From NCBI GenBank assembly GCA_937625935.1, contig OW569381.1, positions 310,001 to 374,000 of the forward strand: a stretch of 64,000 nucleotides of DNA. The letters run 5' to 3'. Shown here one piece after another: positions 10,990 through 22,000 of the stretch. Numbering within the stretch: position 1 is the first letter of the stretch; each line of letters begins with the position of its first letter. The notes under the pieces were generated by a model. It was not told the DNA's origin. It made no database searches and saw only the letters and a list, made by a program, of their open reading frames with translations. A program made the position numbers and the translations under genes. The stretch comes from Tetramitus jugosus (Eukaryota > Protista > Heterolobosea).

Positions 10990-11907
10990 ATGCTGTCACA
11001 GAGAAAGGAGCAACACAAACTTGAAACGGCCAACGTTCAGTGTCAAAAATGTTTGCAACTTGGTCATTGGACCTACGAGTGCAAAAATGCACCAGTGTTC
11101 GTCAGTCGGCCCAGCCGAACAAAGCAAATGTCTCATCGAAGCAGCAACAAGCGTTATGACAGTGATGATGAAAGAGACAAGAAACGAAAGAGTCGACAAA
11201 AGAGACGGAGGAGATATAAACGAAGAAAGTATGATTCCAGTAGCAGTAGCAGTAGTAGTGAAGACAGTGATTCATCATCATCTTCATCTTCGTCTTCTTC
11301 GTCATCGTCCTCTTACTCTAGTGATTCATCAGAAGAGGACAGAAGACGAAAAAGGAGACAAAAGAGAAGAAAGGCAAGGCAAGATGATTTGAAAACTCAA
11401 AGCAGAAAGAGAAGAGCGCGTGATTCCTCTAGCAGCAGTAGTGACTCTGATAAGAGTGACAGTGGTGGTAAAGAAAAGAAGGATCACAAAGAACATCCTC
11501 CTAGAAGAGAACAAAAAATGGATATGGATATGGAAAGAAGAAGCATATCGCCAGAGCACGAGTTACCAAGACATCTTTCAGCAGAGCTTCAAGATCGAGA
11601 CTATAGAGAACACGATTTATCGCGGTACAGACGATCAACGAGACCGTCTCCATCTCTCGAGAGAAATGAATCTTTTCGATCTCATGGCCACAGGAATAGG
11701 TCACGTTCTCCTGTGTCCTCTTCAAGAAGTGGAAAAGAGCGAGCAAAGCAATTGGACGACGATTTAGACGCATACATGCAACAAAGAAAAGACACTTCAA
11801 CTGTGGTTGACGAGCAAAATCCGCCTCAAGAGCAAACACAGCAACAGCAGTCAGAAGTACCGCCTGAACGCGAAGGTGAACAAAATGAGGAAGAGATTGA
11901 TATTTGA
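10990..11907 (+). CDS. Zinc-knuckle (zf-CCHC_6; ZCCHC10/SREK1IP1-like) RS/Ser-rich protein with a C-terminal FoP/UAP56-binding-like motif
   Basis: [16 protein letters not shown]...FVSRPSRT; poly-Ser and Arg tracts; [15 protein letters not shown]; AATAAA immediately after the stop. Confidence 0.8.
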   Translation: MLSQRKEQHKLETANVQCQKCLQLGHWTYECKNAPVFVSRPSRTKQMSHRSSNKRYDSDDERDKKRKSRQKRRRRYKRRKYDSSSSSSSSEDSDSSSSSSSSSSSSSSYSSDSSEEDRRRKRRQKRRKARQDDLKTQSRKRRARDSSSSSSDSDKSDSGGKEKKDHKEHPPRREQKMDMDMERRSISPEHELPRHLSAELQDRDYREHDLSRYRRSTRPSPSLERNESFRSHGHRNRSRSPVSSSRSGKERAKQLDDDLDAYMQQRKDTSTVVDEQNPPQEQTQQQQSEVPPEREGEQNEEEIDI

Positions 11908-12017
11908 ATAAACCCGATAAAAGGTTTACAACTTCTGCGAACCAAATTTTTGGCTGCGAACCAATTTTTTTGGTGGAAGAACAAACTAGAACCGTAAATT
12001 ACATATCTAGCTGAGAC

Positions 12018-14057
12018 ATGAACAAAGATTGCGAAACTGGAATGTTGAAACTACATATTGAGCTTGAATCTGCTGAACCAATACTGACTCCTTGTTCTCC
12101 AAGAGGTGTCGGCGCAACTACCCAACACCAGAACCATGTATTGAGATTGTCTTTCGAAGAATTGATCAGAAGGTCAGAGAAAATACTTGTAGGTAAGATC
12201 AAGTTCCCTTGTGCCCTCAACAAGGACCAGATGATGCACAAGCCAGTGTACCTGATCGAAGATGAATCGGTGCTGTATGAAGAAGAAACTCTCAAACAAT
12301 GGCTATCACAAAATGATACCAATCCCCTATCAGGCAAAAAGTTGAAGAGCAAAGATGTGAAAGTAAATACCTATGTCCTTCAACAGATAGAGAAGTATAA
12401 AAAGAAGATATGCCACAAGTGTATGGACATTGTGGAACAATTATATTCTCAAGGGAAAGCACTAGACACTTGTGTTAGTTTGCTAGAGAAAAGTTTGACT
12501 CTCACCACTGATGAAGATGAGGAGTCCACGCATATGAGAGTATGGATCTTGGAGAGTTTGATCACTCTCCTTTGTAGAATTAGTTGCTCAGACGAAGACA
12601 GCAACGCAAAACAACTAGCACACCGATTGGAGCTGTTCTCGATTTATGCACAGCACCAGATGTTTACTCCCTTGACTGAATTAGCAGAGGAAACATTATT
12701 TATGGATCACTTGTACATTAAAGTTGAGACAACGAATGGTAGCGTCATTCTTCAAGCTAAAGGATCAATCATTGAAATGTTGATCCAGGTTTACCACCAC
12801 ATTCAAGATTTTACAAAGTGGTTCTCTTGGCTCGAACACTATACCGAAGCTAAAGATATTGTCAAACATGAGACTTTCGTCGATCTCCAAACGAAAAGAC
12901 TAGCAGAGTTAGCAAAGGCTGGACAAATTCCACCAAAAAATCTCGTCTTCTCCTTGTTTTACGAGTACCCACTACTACCTAGCCTCAGTGATCTCACTCA
13001 TATTATTGTATACTCGCACCATTCTATTCTCAATGCTGAACAGTACCATGTGTTGGAGTTCTGTTTCAAGCGATTAATTAAGGAAAATCTAGCTCGAAGA
13101 ACAACCTTGGGCGATAGTAAGAAAATCTGTAATATTATCAATGATTACGTGGACCTAAAGCTCAAATTCAGCTCGATATCAGGATTTGACTTGAAGGAAA
13201 CCTTTGAAACACTTCGACAAGCATTAGATATAGATCCCAAAAACAGACGAACCCTTGAGAACATTTGGAAGTTGGTTCCTCAGGATAATGATATGACTCC
13301 CATCTTTGAATTCTTTTGGGATAAAACCAAGCGGTTGATGAACGAAGAAGAACTCGCTCAAAGAGAGCTAGTGCGTTTAACAAAGGAGAGCGAGGACAGA
13401 GCAATTCAGATTCAAAAGTTGGAACGACTTCGAACTGAACACTCCAAGAAAATTGCTGAACTTGAAACAGAAGTGGTGGAATACAAGAAATGCATAAAAA
13501 CGACATTGGAGAATCAATTTGAGAGTATTATTAATCAACATCGAGATAAGGAATGCAAGGTGAAGATATCAATCCCTGATCTAGTAGAAAAACTGGAGAA
13601 AGATGATGAATACACTTCAGATGTTATTTTATTGAGTGATCATCAGTGGAGACTCAAGTTTCTGGTTGGAGAAACCAATGGAGAAACCACATGGGTTGAC
13701 ACATTCCTAATTCTTATGAACGATTCTGCACCAAAGGAGAATCTGTTGTATTCTCTGACTGCCAAGTGCAAGATTGATTTTCTATCCAACAAACGAGTGG
13801 TGAACAGATTTTGTAGCTGGAAATCTCCTGAACTGTGTTTCGATATGAACAAGATGGGATATGGAACAGACAGACTGATATCTCTCAACGATCTTCAAAA
13901 GATCCAGACACCAGAGAAGCAAACTGTGGTCCAACTGAGATGCACTATCCATGACGGATGCTGGTTCCTGAGTGAGCAACAACAACAGGACTATTCCTCC
14001 TCAAAGTGGGCTGACTTGGGCACTCATCACCCCACTGTAAAGCAGTTCATCTTGTGA
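12018..14057 (+). CDS. U-box + helical/TPR-like + coiled-coil + MATH(TRAF)-like protein, putative E3 ligase
   Basis: U-box FPCALNKDQMMHKPV...YEEETLKQWLSQNDTNPLSGKKL; QALDIDPKN TPR-like turn; coiled coil; MATH-like YTSDVILLSDHQWRLKF...WVDTFLIL...GYGTDRLISLNDL. Confidence 0.7.
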   Translation: MNKDCETGMLKLHIELESAEPILTPCSPRGVGATTQHQNHVLRLSFEELIRRSEKILVGKIKFPCALNKDQMMHKPVYLIEDESVLYEEETLKQWLSQNDTNPLSGKKLKSKDVKVNTYVLQQIEKYKKKICHKCMDIVEQLYSQGKALDTCVSLLEKSLTLTTDEDEESTHMRVWILESLITLLCRISCSDEDSNAKQLAHRLELFSIYAQHQMFTPLTELAEETLFMDHLYIKVETTNGSVILQAKGSIIEMLIQVYHHIQDFTKWFSWLEHYTEAKDIVKHETFVDLQTKRLAELAKAGQIPPKNLVFSLFYEYPLLPSLSDLTHIIVYSHHSILNAEQYHVLEFCFKRLIKENLARRTTLGDSKKICNIINDYVDLKLKFSSISGFDLKETFETLRQALDIDPKNRRTLENIWKLVPQDNDMTPIFEFFWDKTKRLMNEEELAQRELVRLTKESEDRAIQIQKLERLRTEHSKKIAELETEVVEYKKCIKTTLENQFESIINQHRDKECKVKISIPDLVEKLEKDDEYTSDVILLSDHQWRLKFLVGETNGETTWVDTFLILMNDSAPKENLLYSLTAKCKIDFLSNKRVVNRFCSWKSPELCFDMNKMGYGTDRLISLNDLQKIQTPEKQTVVQLRCTIHDGCWFLSEQQQQDYSSSKWADLGTHHPTVKQFIL

Positions 14058-14407
14058 ACACGGAGAATTGGAATATGAACATTCAACAAAACTGTCAATC
14101 ACATCAACGTCAACTTGACAAAAAACCGTTTTTTTGTGCGAATTTTTTAGGAGTTGTTGTCTCACATCAAAGTAATCACTGTCACACACCACAACTCTTG
14201 TCCGACCTCCAACAAACATCACAAACAACTCAACTCTTCTTCATCATCCATCCATCAAAAAGCAAGAGTCACCCACCTTCAAATAGTTCTTTTCTGATCT
14301 GCGACAACGAGACGAAACCGCGGCTACAGTCTCACATCCCTATTGTCCCTAACAAACCTCCTGCTTCTGACATCATTCAATAATTATCATCATATAGATA
14401 TAGAAAA

Positions 14408-17176
14408 ATGACAATACCCAATCGATTTGGTTACAATGTATCTCTCAGCGCACAACAAAAGAGAGAACAAAACATGGGCAGTGGTGGCAGTGTGAACACG
14501 AACAGTACCAGCAGTGGCAGCAGCAGCAGCAATATGATTGCGCCACCACCTCCACCTCCATCATCCATTCAACAATCCTATCACGGTGCTAGTAGTAGTG
14601 GTGGCAACAACAGCAATTACTCTTCTCCGCATGCACACCATCATCATCCATCTCACCATGCTCATCATCCACAACAACAACATCATCATGCAACACCACC
14701 GCCACCACCTTCATCCATCACACCATATCCTCAACAACAATCATCATCATCATCTTCCTCATCGCATCATGGTATGATTGCTGCTGGAAATGTCAGTGGC
14801 GGAGTGAGTCCAAACACACCTGGCAACAGCAATGAATCATTTGCTTACAATCATCATGCTCATCACTCGCAAGCACCACAACAACAACAGCATCACATGT
14901 CATCACAACAACAGCAATCACCACCTCTTGGTTACAATACTGCTGCTGCTGCACATCACACTAACACCAATAGTTATCATCATGCATCGTATCATGCATC
15001 ATCGAATGAAGCGTCACCAATGATGAATGCGCATCATGCATCAACCACTCCTGGTCCTCCTTCTGTTGGTGTAGCTGCTGTTGGCACTTATCATCCAACA
15101 AACAATAGTAACAACAACATGTACAGTGACAATGTACATCATCATCACAATGCTCATCATCCGCACATGTCATCTCAACAACAAGCACTTGCACCACCTC
15201 CACAACAACAACAACATGCACCTTCTCATCACATGCAACATCACAATGCACAACAACATCAACAACAATCAGTGCAACAACAATCACCAATGACACCTCG
15301 CTCGGGCAGTAATAGCAAATCCAATGGTAACCGAAACAATGCAAATGGCGGTGGTGGTGGTAGCAGCAGCAGTGGTGGTAACAACAGTAATCGAAAAAAG
15401 AAGGCAAACAAGGATCAACAAGCAACAGCTGCTGCCATCACTGCACACAAGAACAAACTGAAAGAGGACATGACTCACTTCTTGAACCGATACGACAAGA
15501 TTTTCTCCGACGTTAAATCTCAATCACAGAATTGTCACTGTGCTAGGAAGAGAAAGTGGGATGAGATGGCATCGATCAAGACAGAAGCATCAACATTAGC
15601 AACAGTGTCAGTGGATGAAAATGGAAATGCAGTCACAACTACTGCTGCAAGCAATACTGGTGCTACGGATGATGAGAATAAGATGAGAAAGGACGAGGAG
15701 GAGAGACTAATGTTGTCCGATGGACAAATTGTACCATTTAAGAAACGTAGAGTTCAAACAACGTTGGGCACCGAACAGAGAGAGTTGAGTTTGACGGTCG
15801 ATGCCGAGCAAGTCATGAATTGGATGGTACAGAGCATTCGCAACTTTTTCCAATATTCTCCAGCTGTACAGCAGGAGACTCAAGGCAGTGATGAACAAAA
15901 ATTGATGCAAATCATTGTTCAGTTCATGCAGTCGCATCAAGATCAATTCTTGACTCAAATCACAGAGAATGAGAACAGCAAGAGTAACAGCAGTGAAAGC
16001 AATCAATCGATTGATTATTCACAGTTGAGAGACAGTGTGTCGCATGCTGCCTGTTTCCCAATGCTATTCTCACTGGCAAAACAATTGGTGGATCAATTTA
16101 TTGCACTGTACGCTTCCAATAATGAAAATATTGCACTATTGTCGTCTGCCAATGGTGAAATGTTTATTGATAGTACGTTGCCTCATGTACAACAGAGTCA
16201 AAACAACCCGGCACTCATCGATATGACCGTTGACAGTATTCTTGTCACATTTGTCGGCAAGGACTCTCAATCGGAGAAGCAGGAAGAAGTCAGCATCTTT
16301 GTGGAACGATTCTTGGGCTTGCAACAACAGTATAGGGAAGAGTTGCATTATATCAACGAAGGACAAGCAAGTTGGCTCCATAGGTACTCTGAAGTGCTCA
16401 ACGAACAATCCAAGTTGCGCTATGTGTCTCCATTGGAGCGCACTCTGACTCTGCGAAAGGTTCGCGAAAAGTTCGGCAACATTATCAGCATGCTGCGTGA
16501 AAAGTACATGTCCAAGGTGTTTAGCTTACAGGAGAATGTATTGTTGCGGTCAAAGAAGAGAGGTAACCTGCCAAAGCACGCAACCAACATACTCAAGACT
16601 TGGCTCTTCTCCAACTTTTTGCATCCATATCCATCAGAAACTGAAAAGTTGGAACTGTCTCAACAGACGCAACTCACTCTGATTCAAATCAACAATTGGT
16701 TTATTAATGCACGTGTGAGAACATGGAGACCAATGTTGGAGAGCATGCTTCAAGGCGAGAAAGCAAAGGCAACCAAGAATAATCCACAGATGCAACACTT
16801 GCACAATTTGACTCCAGGACAGATTACTGCTGCATTGAACAACAATGGCCAAGGTCCTCCACCAATGCAAATGCCTCCACCGTCCAATCAGAGATCAATG
16901 ATGCAACCTCCTCCCATGCAAGGTCATATGCCAATGACACAGCACATGCAGCCACACATGCAAGCTGGTTTCATGCCATCTGGTCAACCCGGTTATCCAT
17001 CGATGCGGCACGAGATGGATCAAGGAAATCCTTACATGTGGTCACATCAACACGAAGCAGAACATCCACACCCACATCCAATGATGCAAGGTGGAATGCC
17101 AGGTCAATTTGGTTTCCCTGCACCTCACGGTGGCTGGCATGAACCTCATCACGAAGATGATCATTTCCCACATTAA
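14408..17176 (+). CDS. TALE-class homeodomain transcription factor with PBC/MEINOX-like domains
   Basis: KKRGNLPKHATNILKTWLFSNFLHPYPSETEK...QINNWFINARVRTWRPM (PYP loop); H/Q/N-rich N-terminus; P/M/Q-rich tail; alternative start at 14474. Confidence 0.92.
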   Translation: MTIPNRFGYNVSLSAQQKREQNMGSGGSVNTNSTSSGSSSSNMIAPPPPPPSSIQQSYHGASSSGGNNSNYSSPHAHHHHPSHHAHHPQQQHHHATPPPPPSSITPYPQQQSSSSSSSSHHGMIAAGNVSGGVSPNTPGNSNESFAYNHHAHHSQAPQQQQHHMSSQQQQSPPLGYNTAAAAHHTNTNSYHHASYHASSNEASPMMNAHHASTTPGPPSVGVAAVGTYHPTNNSNNNMYSDNVHHHHNAHHPHMSSQQQALAPPPQQQQHAPSHHMQHHNAQQHQQQSVQQQSPMTPRSGSNSKSNGNRNNANGGGGGSSSSGGNNSNRKKKANKDQQATAAAITAHKNKLKEDMTHFLNRYDKIFSDVKSQSQNCHCARKRKWDEMASIKTEASTLATVSVDENGNAVTTTAASNTGATDDENKMRKDEEERLMLSDGQIVPFKKRRVQTTLGTEQRELSLTVDAEQVMNWMVQSIRNFFQYSPAVQQETQGSDEQKLMQIIVQFMQSHQDQFLTQITENENSKSNSSESNQSIDYSQLRDSVSHAACFPMLFSLAKQLVDQFIALYASNNENIALLSSANGEMFIDSTLPHVQQSQNNPALIDMTVDSILVTFVGKDSQSEKQEEVSIFVERFLGLQQQYREELHYINEGQASWLHRYSEVLNEQSKLRYVSPLERTLTLRKVREKFGNIISMLREKYMSKVFSLQENVLLRSKKRGNLPKHATNILKTWLFSNFLHPYPSETEKLELSQQTQLTLIQINNWFINARVRTWRPMLESMLQGEKAKATKNNPQMQHLHNLTPGQITAALNNNGQGPPPMQMPPPSNQRSMMQPPPMQGHMPMTQHMQPHMQAGFMPSGQPGYPSMRHEMDQGNPYMWSHQHEAEHPHPHPMMQGGMPGQFGFPAPHGGWHEPHHEDDHFPH

Positions 17177-17309
17177 ACAAACTAACATTATTTCTTTTTG
17201 AACACTCGAACAAAAACAAAAACACACGAAAATGAATGGCACGCATCATTATCTGACGACAGAAAAGGAAACTTTTTTGACACAAGATCACATGATGACA
17301 TGATTGTTA

Positions 17310-18656
17310 TTATTTTTTCGGGGTGGGAACATAGGCAAAACTCTTTCTGTTCTTTCCGTTGATGGCATAGGATTCTCCATTCTCTGCAAATGAATTGACT
17401 CGTCTCACACCAGTACCTGATAGTGCCGCCACATTAATCATTGACGATGGTGGTGATGTTGATGTCGATCGATTTTCACCTGAACTCGTTCTCACATTGG
17501 TCGTTGCTGCTGCTGCTGTTGTTATTGTCTTTCGATGATTCGATGACTGCGCTCTCGATGCATACTCAGATGAGAGTGCCGCCGAGACATTTGATAGAGA
17601 GGAAGAAGAAGCATTGCTTGATGGTGTTAATGATGATGCGGATGATAATGCACCAAACAGTTTCTTCGTGTACCGATTCAATTTCCTCCTGTTGCTCAAT
17701 GATTGTTGTTTCTTGGCTACTTTGGCCATTGATGAATCTGGTGCTGCTGTTGAAGTTTGATCACTTGTTTGAGTGGTGACCAATGTTGTTTTTCGAGTCG
17801 TGGCCAATGATGTGAGCTTGCGTTGTTGAGATGGTGTTGTTGTCGTTGCCACAACTGACGTCATTGGAGTGATGACTGAAGTTTCTATGGTTGGTGATGT
17901 CGTCGTAGTATTGATGATCCCATGATGAGTATTGTTGATGAGAGATGAAAATTGATTGTTGTGTTGTACCGTGATCGAATGATGTTGCTGTTGTTGATCA
18001 TGTGGATGATTGTTGAGTGACGTGTTTGACAAGTCGTTTAGATGATGAGGATGATGATGATTGCTATGGTTGCTATGGTTGGCCGTTGTTTTTGTTGTTA
18101 CTGGAATATTGTATTGTGGAGTCTCTATTGTTGTGACATTGTTAGCAATGATGTGATGATTCATTTGGTTCAAATTGTTGGTGGAGGGATAAAACATGGG
18201 AGGTGGTATGGACACAATACCAGAGTAATTGAAGCTATTGACTGCTTCGAATGCAGTCGGTCCATGTGTCGGTTCAAAATAACTACAACACAACTCATTG
18301 CTGTTCATGGTGAGTTGTGTTGATCCCAACAACAGCAATTGCTCATCCATGTTCTTTGATGACGCTGCAAAAAAGGGTTGTTGCTGTTGTTGACTACGAT
18401 TCATATGATTATTATTATGATTATTGATATGGTTGCTTAGGTTGTTATTGTTGGGCGTAGTGGGAGCGGGAGGAGAGGTAATCGTCCAACTTGGATGATT
18501 GTGAGACATTGTTGACTGTTGTTGTTGTTGTTCACGTGAAATGTCAGCTCCTCTGCTCAGAGTGTGATGAATGACATGTTTGGGTGGCCTAAGACCAACA
18601 AGCTCTCGTTGTAAATCAGCAACATCCAACGCAAGACCCGAGTGAAAACCTTGCAT
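17310..18656 (-). CDS. Low-complexity N/Q/H/T/S-rich hypothetical protein
   Basis: 448-aa ATG-initiated ORF with the same low-complexity style as neighbouring real genes; no domain recognised. Confidence 0.5.
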   Translation of the reverse strand: MQGFHSGLALDVADLQRELVGLRPPKHVIHHTLSRGADISREQQQQQSTMSHNHPSWTITSPPAPTTPNNNNLSNHINNHNNNHMNRSQQQQQPFFAASSKNMDEQLLLLGSTQLTMNSNELCCSYFEPTHGPTAFEAVNSFNYSGIVSIPPPMFYPSTNNLNQMNHHIIANNVTTIETPQYNIPVTTKTTANHSNHSNHHHPHHLNDLSNTSLNNHPHDQQQQHHSITVQHNNQFSSLINNTHHGIINTTTTSPTIETSVITPMTSVVATTTTPSQQRKLTSLATTRKTTLVTTQTSDQTSTAAPDSSMAKVAKKQQSLSNRRKLNRYTKKLFGALSSASSLTPSSNASSSSLSNVSAALSSEYASRAQSSNHRKTITTAAAATTNVRTSSGENRSTSTSPPSSMINVAALSGTGVRRVNSFAENGESYAINGKNRKSFAYVPTPKK

Positions 18657-19032
18657 TTATGATAGGAATCGAATGAATAGCAGTTGTTGTGATTGTTGTA
18701 GAACAGAGAGGGAGATAGAGGGGTTGTTGGGGGTGTTTTTTAGAGCTTTGGCTGTTTTCGCTGCAACGGAGATCCCTTCTCAACATCAAACAATGACCTC
18801 TTCGCTTCTTTTGAGGACATGCGGAATTATGACTAGCGGAACGGCGGAAGTTCCACTCACTCCACAAAAGGACTTGGCGAGACAGAAGAAGGTTGTCTGC
18901 AGGAAACACGTGATACAGTTGGGAAGGTATTAATTGAAAGAATTTCGTTTATGTCTTAGTCTTCATTGATTTGTAGGTCAAATAACTTAGATATTCATTT
19001 GTTCTCTGAGCTCTACATCCGTGGCAACCTTG

Positions 19033-22000
19033 TCAAAAAAGGTCTTCATGTTTGCTTTCATTTCTGTTTGTTTCTTCTTTTCCTGTTGGAATCCAGAGTA
19101 GCACAGTACCGAGAGAAGCTGAAAGGCCAATCATTGCAGCCTTGTATCTGTCACTGATACTGTTGCGAATAATATTGTTGTTGTCTCCTGGAACATAAAC
19201 AGTATCATTGCATGAAGAGTATTGACATCCAATCCACACTCTATCGACATAGACTAGGAGTTCTTGTTGTTGGCTGGCTGGATTAGAATCTAACAAGCTT
19301 TGACCCAGTAATATTGAGCTACCAAGCATGAGAGAGCTCATGTTAGCTACTGGAATATCTGGAGTAAAGCTGACATGACAAAGGACAGAAGCATGACTCT
19401 TCAATTGAACGTCAATTCTCCAAGGTTGAGTGTATTCAACTATTGATTGAACCGTTGTTGGCTTGACTGCTTCTGATTCGTCATTGTTGTTCAAGCTTTC
19501 CATCTCGGGTCTCACCAATTTCACAATCATGTTGTATGCAAAGCCAGTTTCGAAAGAACAATCAGATTGAACTGACATTTCCTTTTGATTCTCTCCCAAT
19601 TTGTAAACCAAGTTGAGAGATTTTTTACCATCCATACCATTGGTAATAGCACCAAATATATGCGCTTGAGTTTCAAAGTTGGACATCCAAACTTCTAACA
19701 AATTACCAACACCATAACCAACCACAAGCTCTACATTGACTTGTCTATCCTTTCCAGTTAGTACAGCATTGTTGACCATTACTGCACTTCTGGTTAGATC
19801 ATTATTCGGCAAGACGGATGTTAAATTGACCAAAGATCGTCCTGTTCTTTCATCGTACTGAACCCACTCAATGTTTTGTGGAAGTCCAAATGATGATCGA
19901 TTCACTGAAAGGAGATCACTTACAGAATCATCAAAAGTATCATAGAACGTCTGCGATCGGGCATCCACAAAATACAAGAAGGCTTGTTCTTGTTGAGAAG
20001 TGAATTCCTCTCCCTCTACAATAGTGGAAACCAATACAACAGAGTCTTGTTGAATCTTGTCAAACTTGGGCATTGGACAGTCAATGTGATTAGAGCCAAT
20101 GTAGGTCGATGAGATTTGAATTTCTTGTTGTGTTCCGGTCTCATTCAATTGCTTAAATACACAAACAATTGTACTGGTGGGATTATAGTAAGGAGCCATA
20201 ATCTTGACAGTGTCTCCTTGGTAGGCGGTTGTTGGATAGATTCTGCTTATCTCAGTTCTGTAGACGACAATAGAAATTCCAGCAAGCATTCCAAATGCGG
20301 TAGATGTTGGTCCACCAGCCACATTGATCTTTACCTGGAACTCCGCATAACCGATATTGTCGGGAAGTGTGACAAGAGGCACGAAGCATGCGTCGCCAGA
20401 TGTTTCCATTTCGACACAATTGACCAAGTTCTGTTCGACAGTGATATCATACTCTTTGCTGTATAACACAACAGTAGATACTCCATTGAACATCAAATAT
20501 TGTCCCTGGAGTCCGATGGTGGTTTCTTGCTTGTGAATTGACAAATAAGAGGGCGAGACTGTTTGAATAGTTGGCGTCCAAGATCCTAACAGAGTAATAG
20601 ACCTTCCTTTCAGATCTCTTGGATATGGAATGTAGACGGGAGTTAATACTTCAACTGTTCTACTGATAACCATCAAGTGTTGCATGTGAGGATCATCCAG
20701 ATAGATAAACATGTCAGATTCTATCTTTGAGAAGCCAAAGAAGCCTCCAAATATTTCCACGGAGGAAACAAGAGCACCAGAGCTTCTTACTCTATAGATC
20801 ATAGATCGAGAATTGACAAAGAGCCTACCATTAGCGTACATGAGACCTTGCAAGTCGGTAATCAATGGGAACTGATTAAAGGTCGCGAAACTGGAGAAGA
20901 TACCATCTAGATTAATCATCACAATACATGTTTGACCTTCCCCATTCGTTGCGAGCACATAAATGTTGTTGTTCTCATCTCTTGTTACATAGCGAGTGTC
21001 ATTGGCTCCAGGAATAATAGAGAAATCGCCAGTAGAATGCAAGGTTTCATTTCTGTGCAGTAGGTCTAAGATATGAACCTTAATCTGAACCGAGAGAGAA
21101 ACGATTGTGATTTGCGTGGCACTATCTACAAAGACTGTGGTCGAATCAGCCACTTCAATTTCGAATGATTGGATGAATTGAGGAATAATGGATGATCCTG
21201 AATGTTCGATCTTGTAGATACCTCCATTCATAAAGAGCATAAAAACATTGGAGTATTGGTTATACACGACCTTGGAGGCTGTAGGAATAACATATGAAGA
21301 GACAATCTTTCCGCAAGAATTGTCAGCTATGGCAATAATTTGATCACCACCTTCATCAAAGGTCGAAACCATGATGTATGTTTCCGCACAGATATCATCT
21401 TGAGCTTCACAATCAGCACCAGTATATCCAGATTGGCAGACGCAAGTGTCTGGTTGAACACAAGTACCATTTCCAGAGCAAGAAGAACTATTTGATGCAG
21501 GAATTGAATAACAAGTTGGAATCTCACAATTTGATCCAGTCCAACCAGGAGCACAACCAGTACAAGCATTTGGTTCTGAACACTCACCCCGTCCACTACA
21601 CACTGTAGGATCAACTGCACTAATACCATCACAGGTTGGATGTTGACACTTATCGCCCGAGTATCCATTTAGGCAGCTGCATCTGTCAGGACCGATACAG
21701 CTTCCGTGGTCAGAGCATGCTCCACCAGTTTCTTCGATACCGAAGCATACATTCACATCACAATTTCCACCTGTTTTGCCATAGGTACAATTACAAACAT
21801 CTGGGGCTGTACAAGTTCCTTCATTTGAGCAAACTTGTGGATAAATGGCTTCTGTTGAGTAACATATTGGAACAGCACAATCAAATCCAGAGTATCCTTC
21901 AGTACAATTACATCTATTTGGTCCATAGCACGTACCATGACCATTACAGACATCGTTGTCAGTTTGATTGAGGCCGAAACATACATTCTCCTCGCAATTA

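Noticed and set aside
14538-18323. Many overlapping alternative-frame ORFs rich in H/I/M/V/L
   Set aside because: Shadow frames of trinucleotide low-complexity coding sequence
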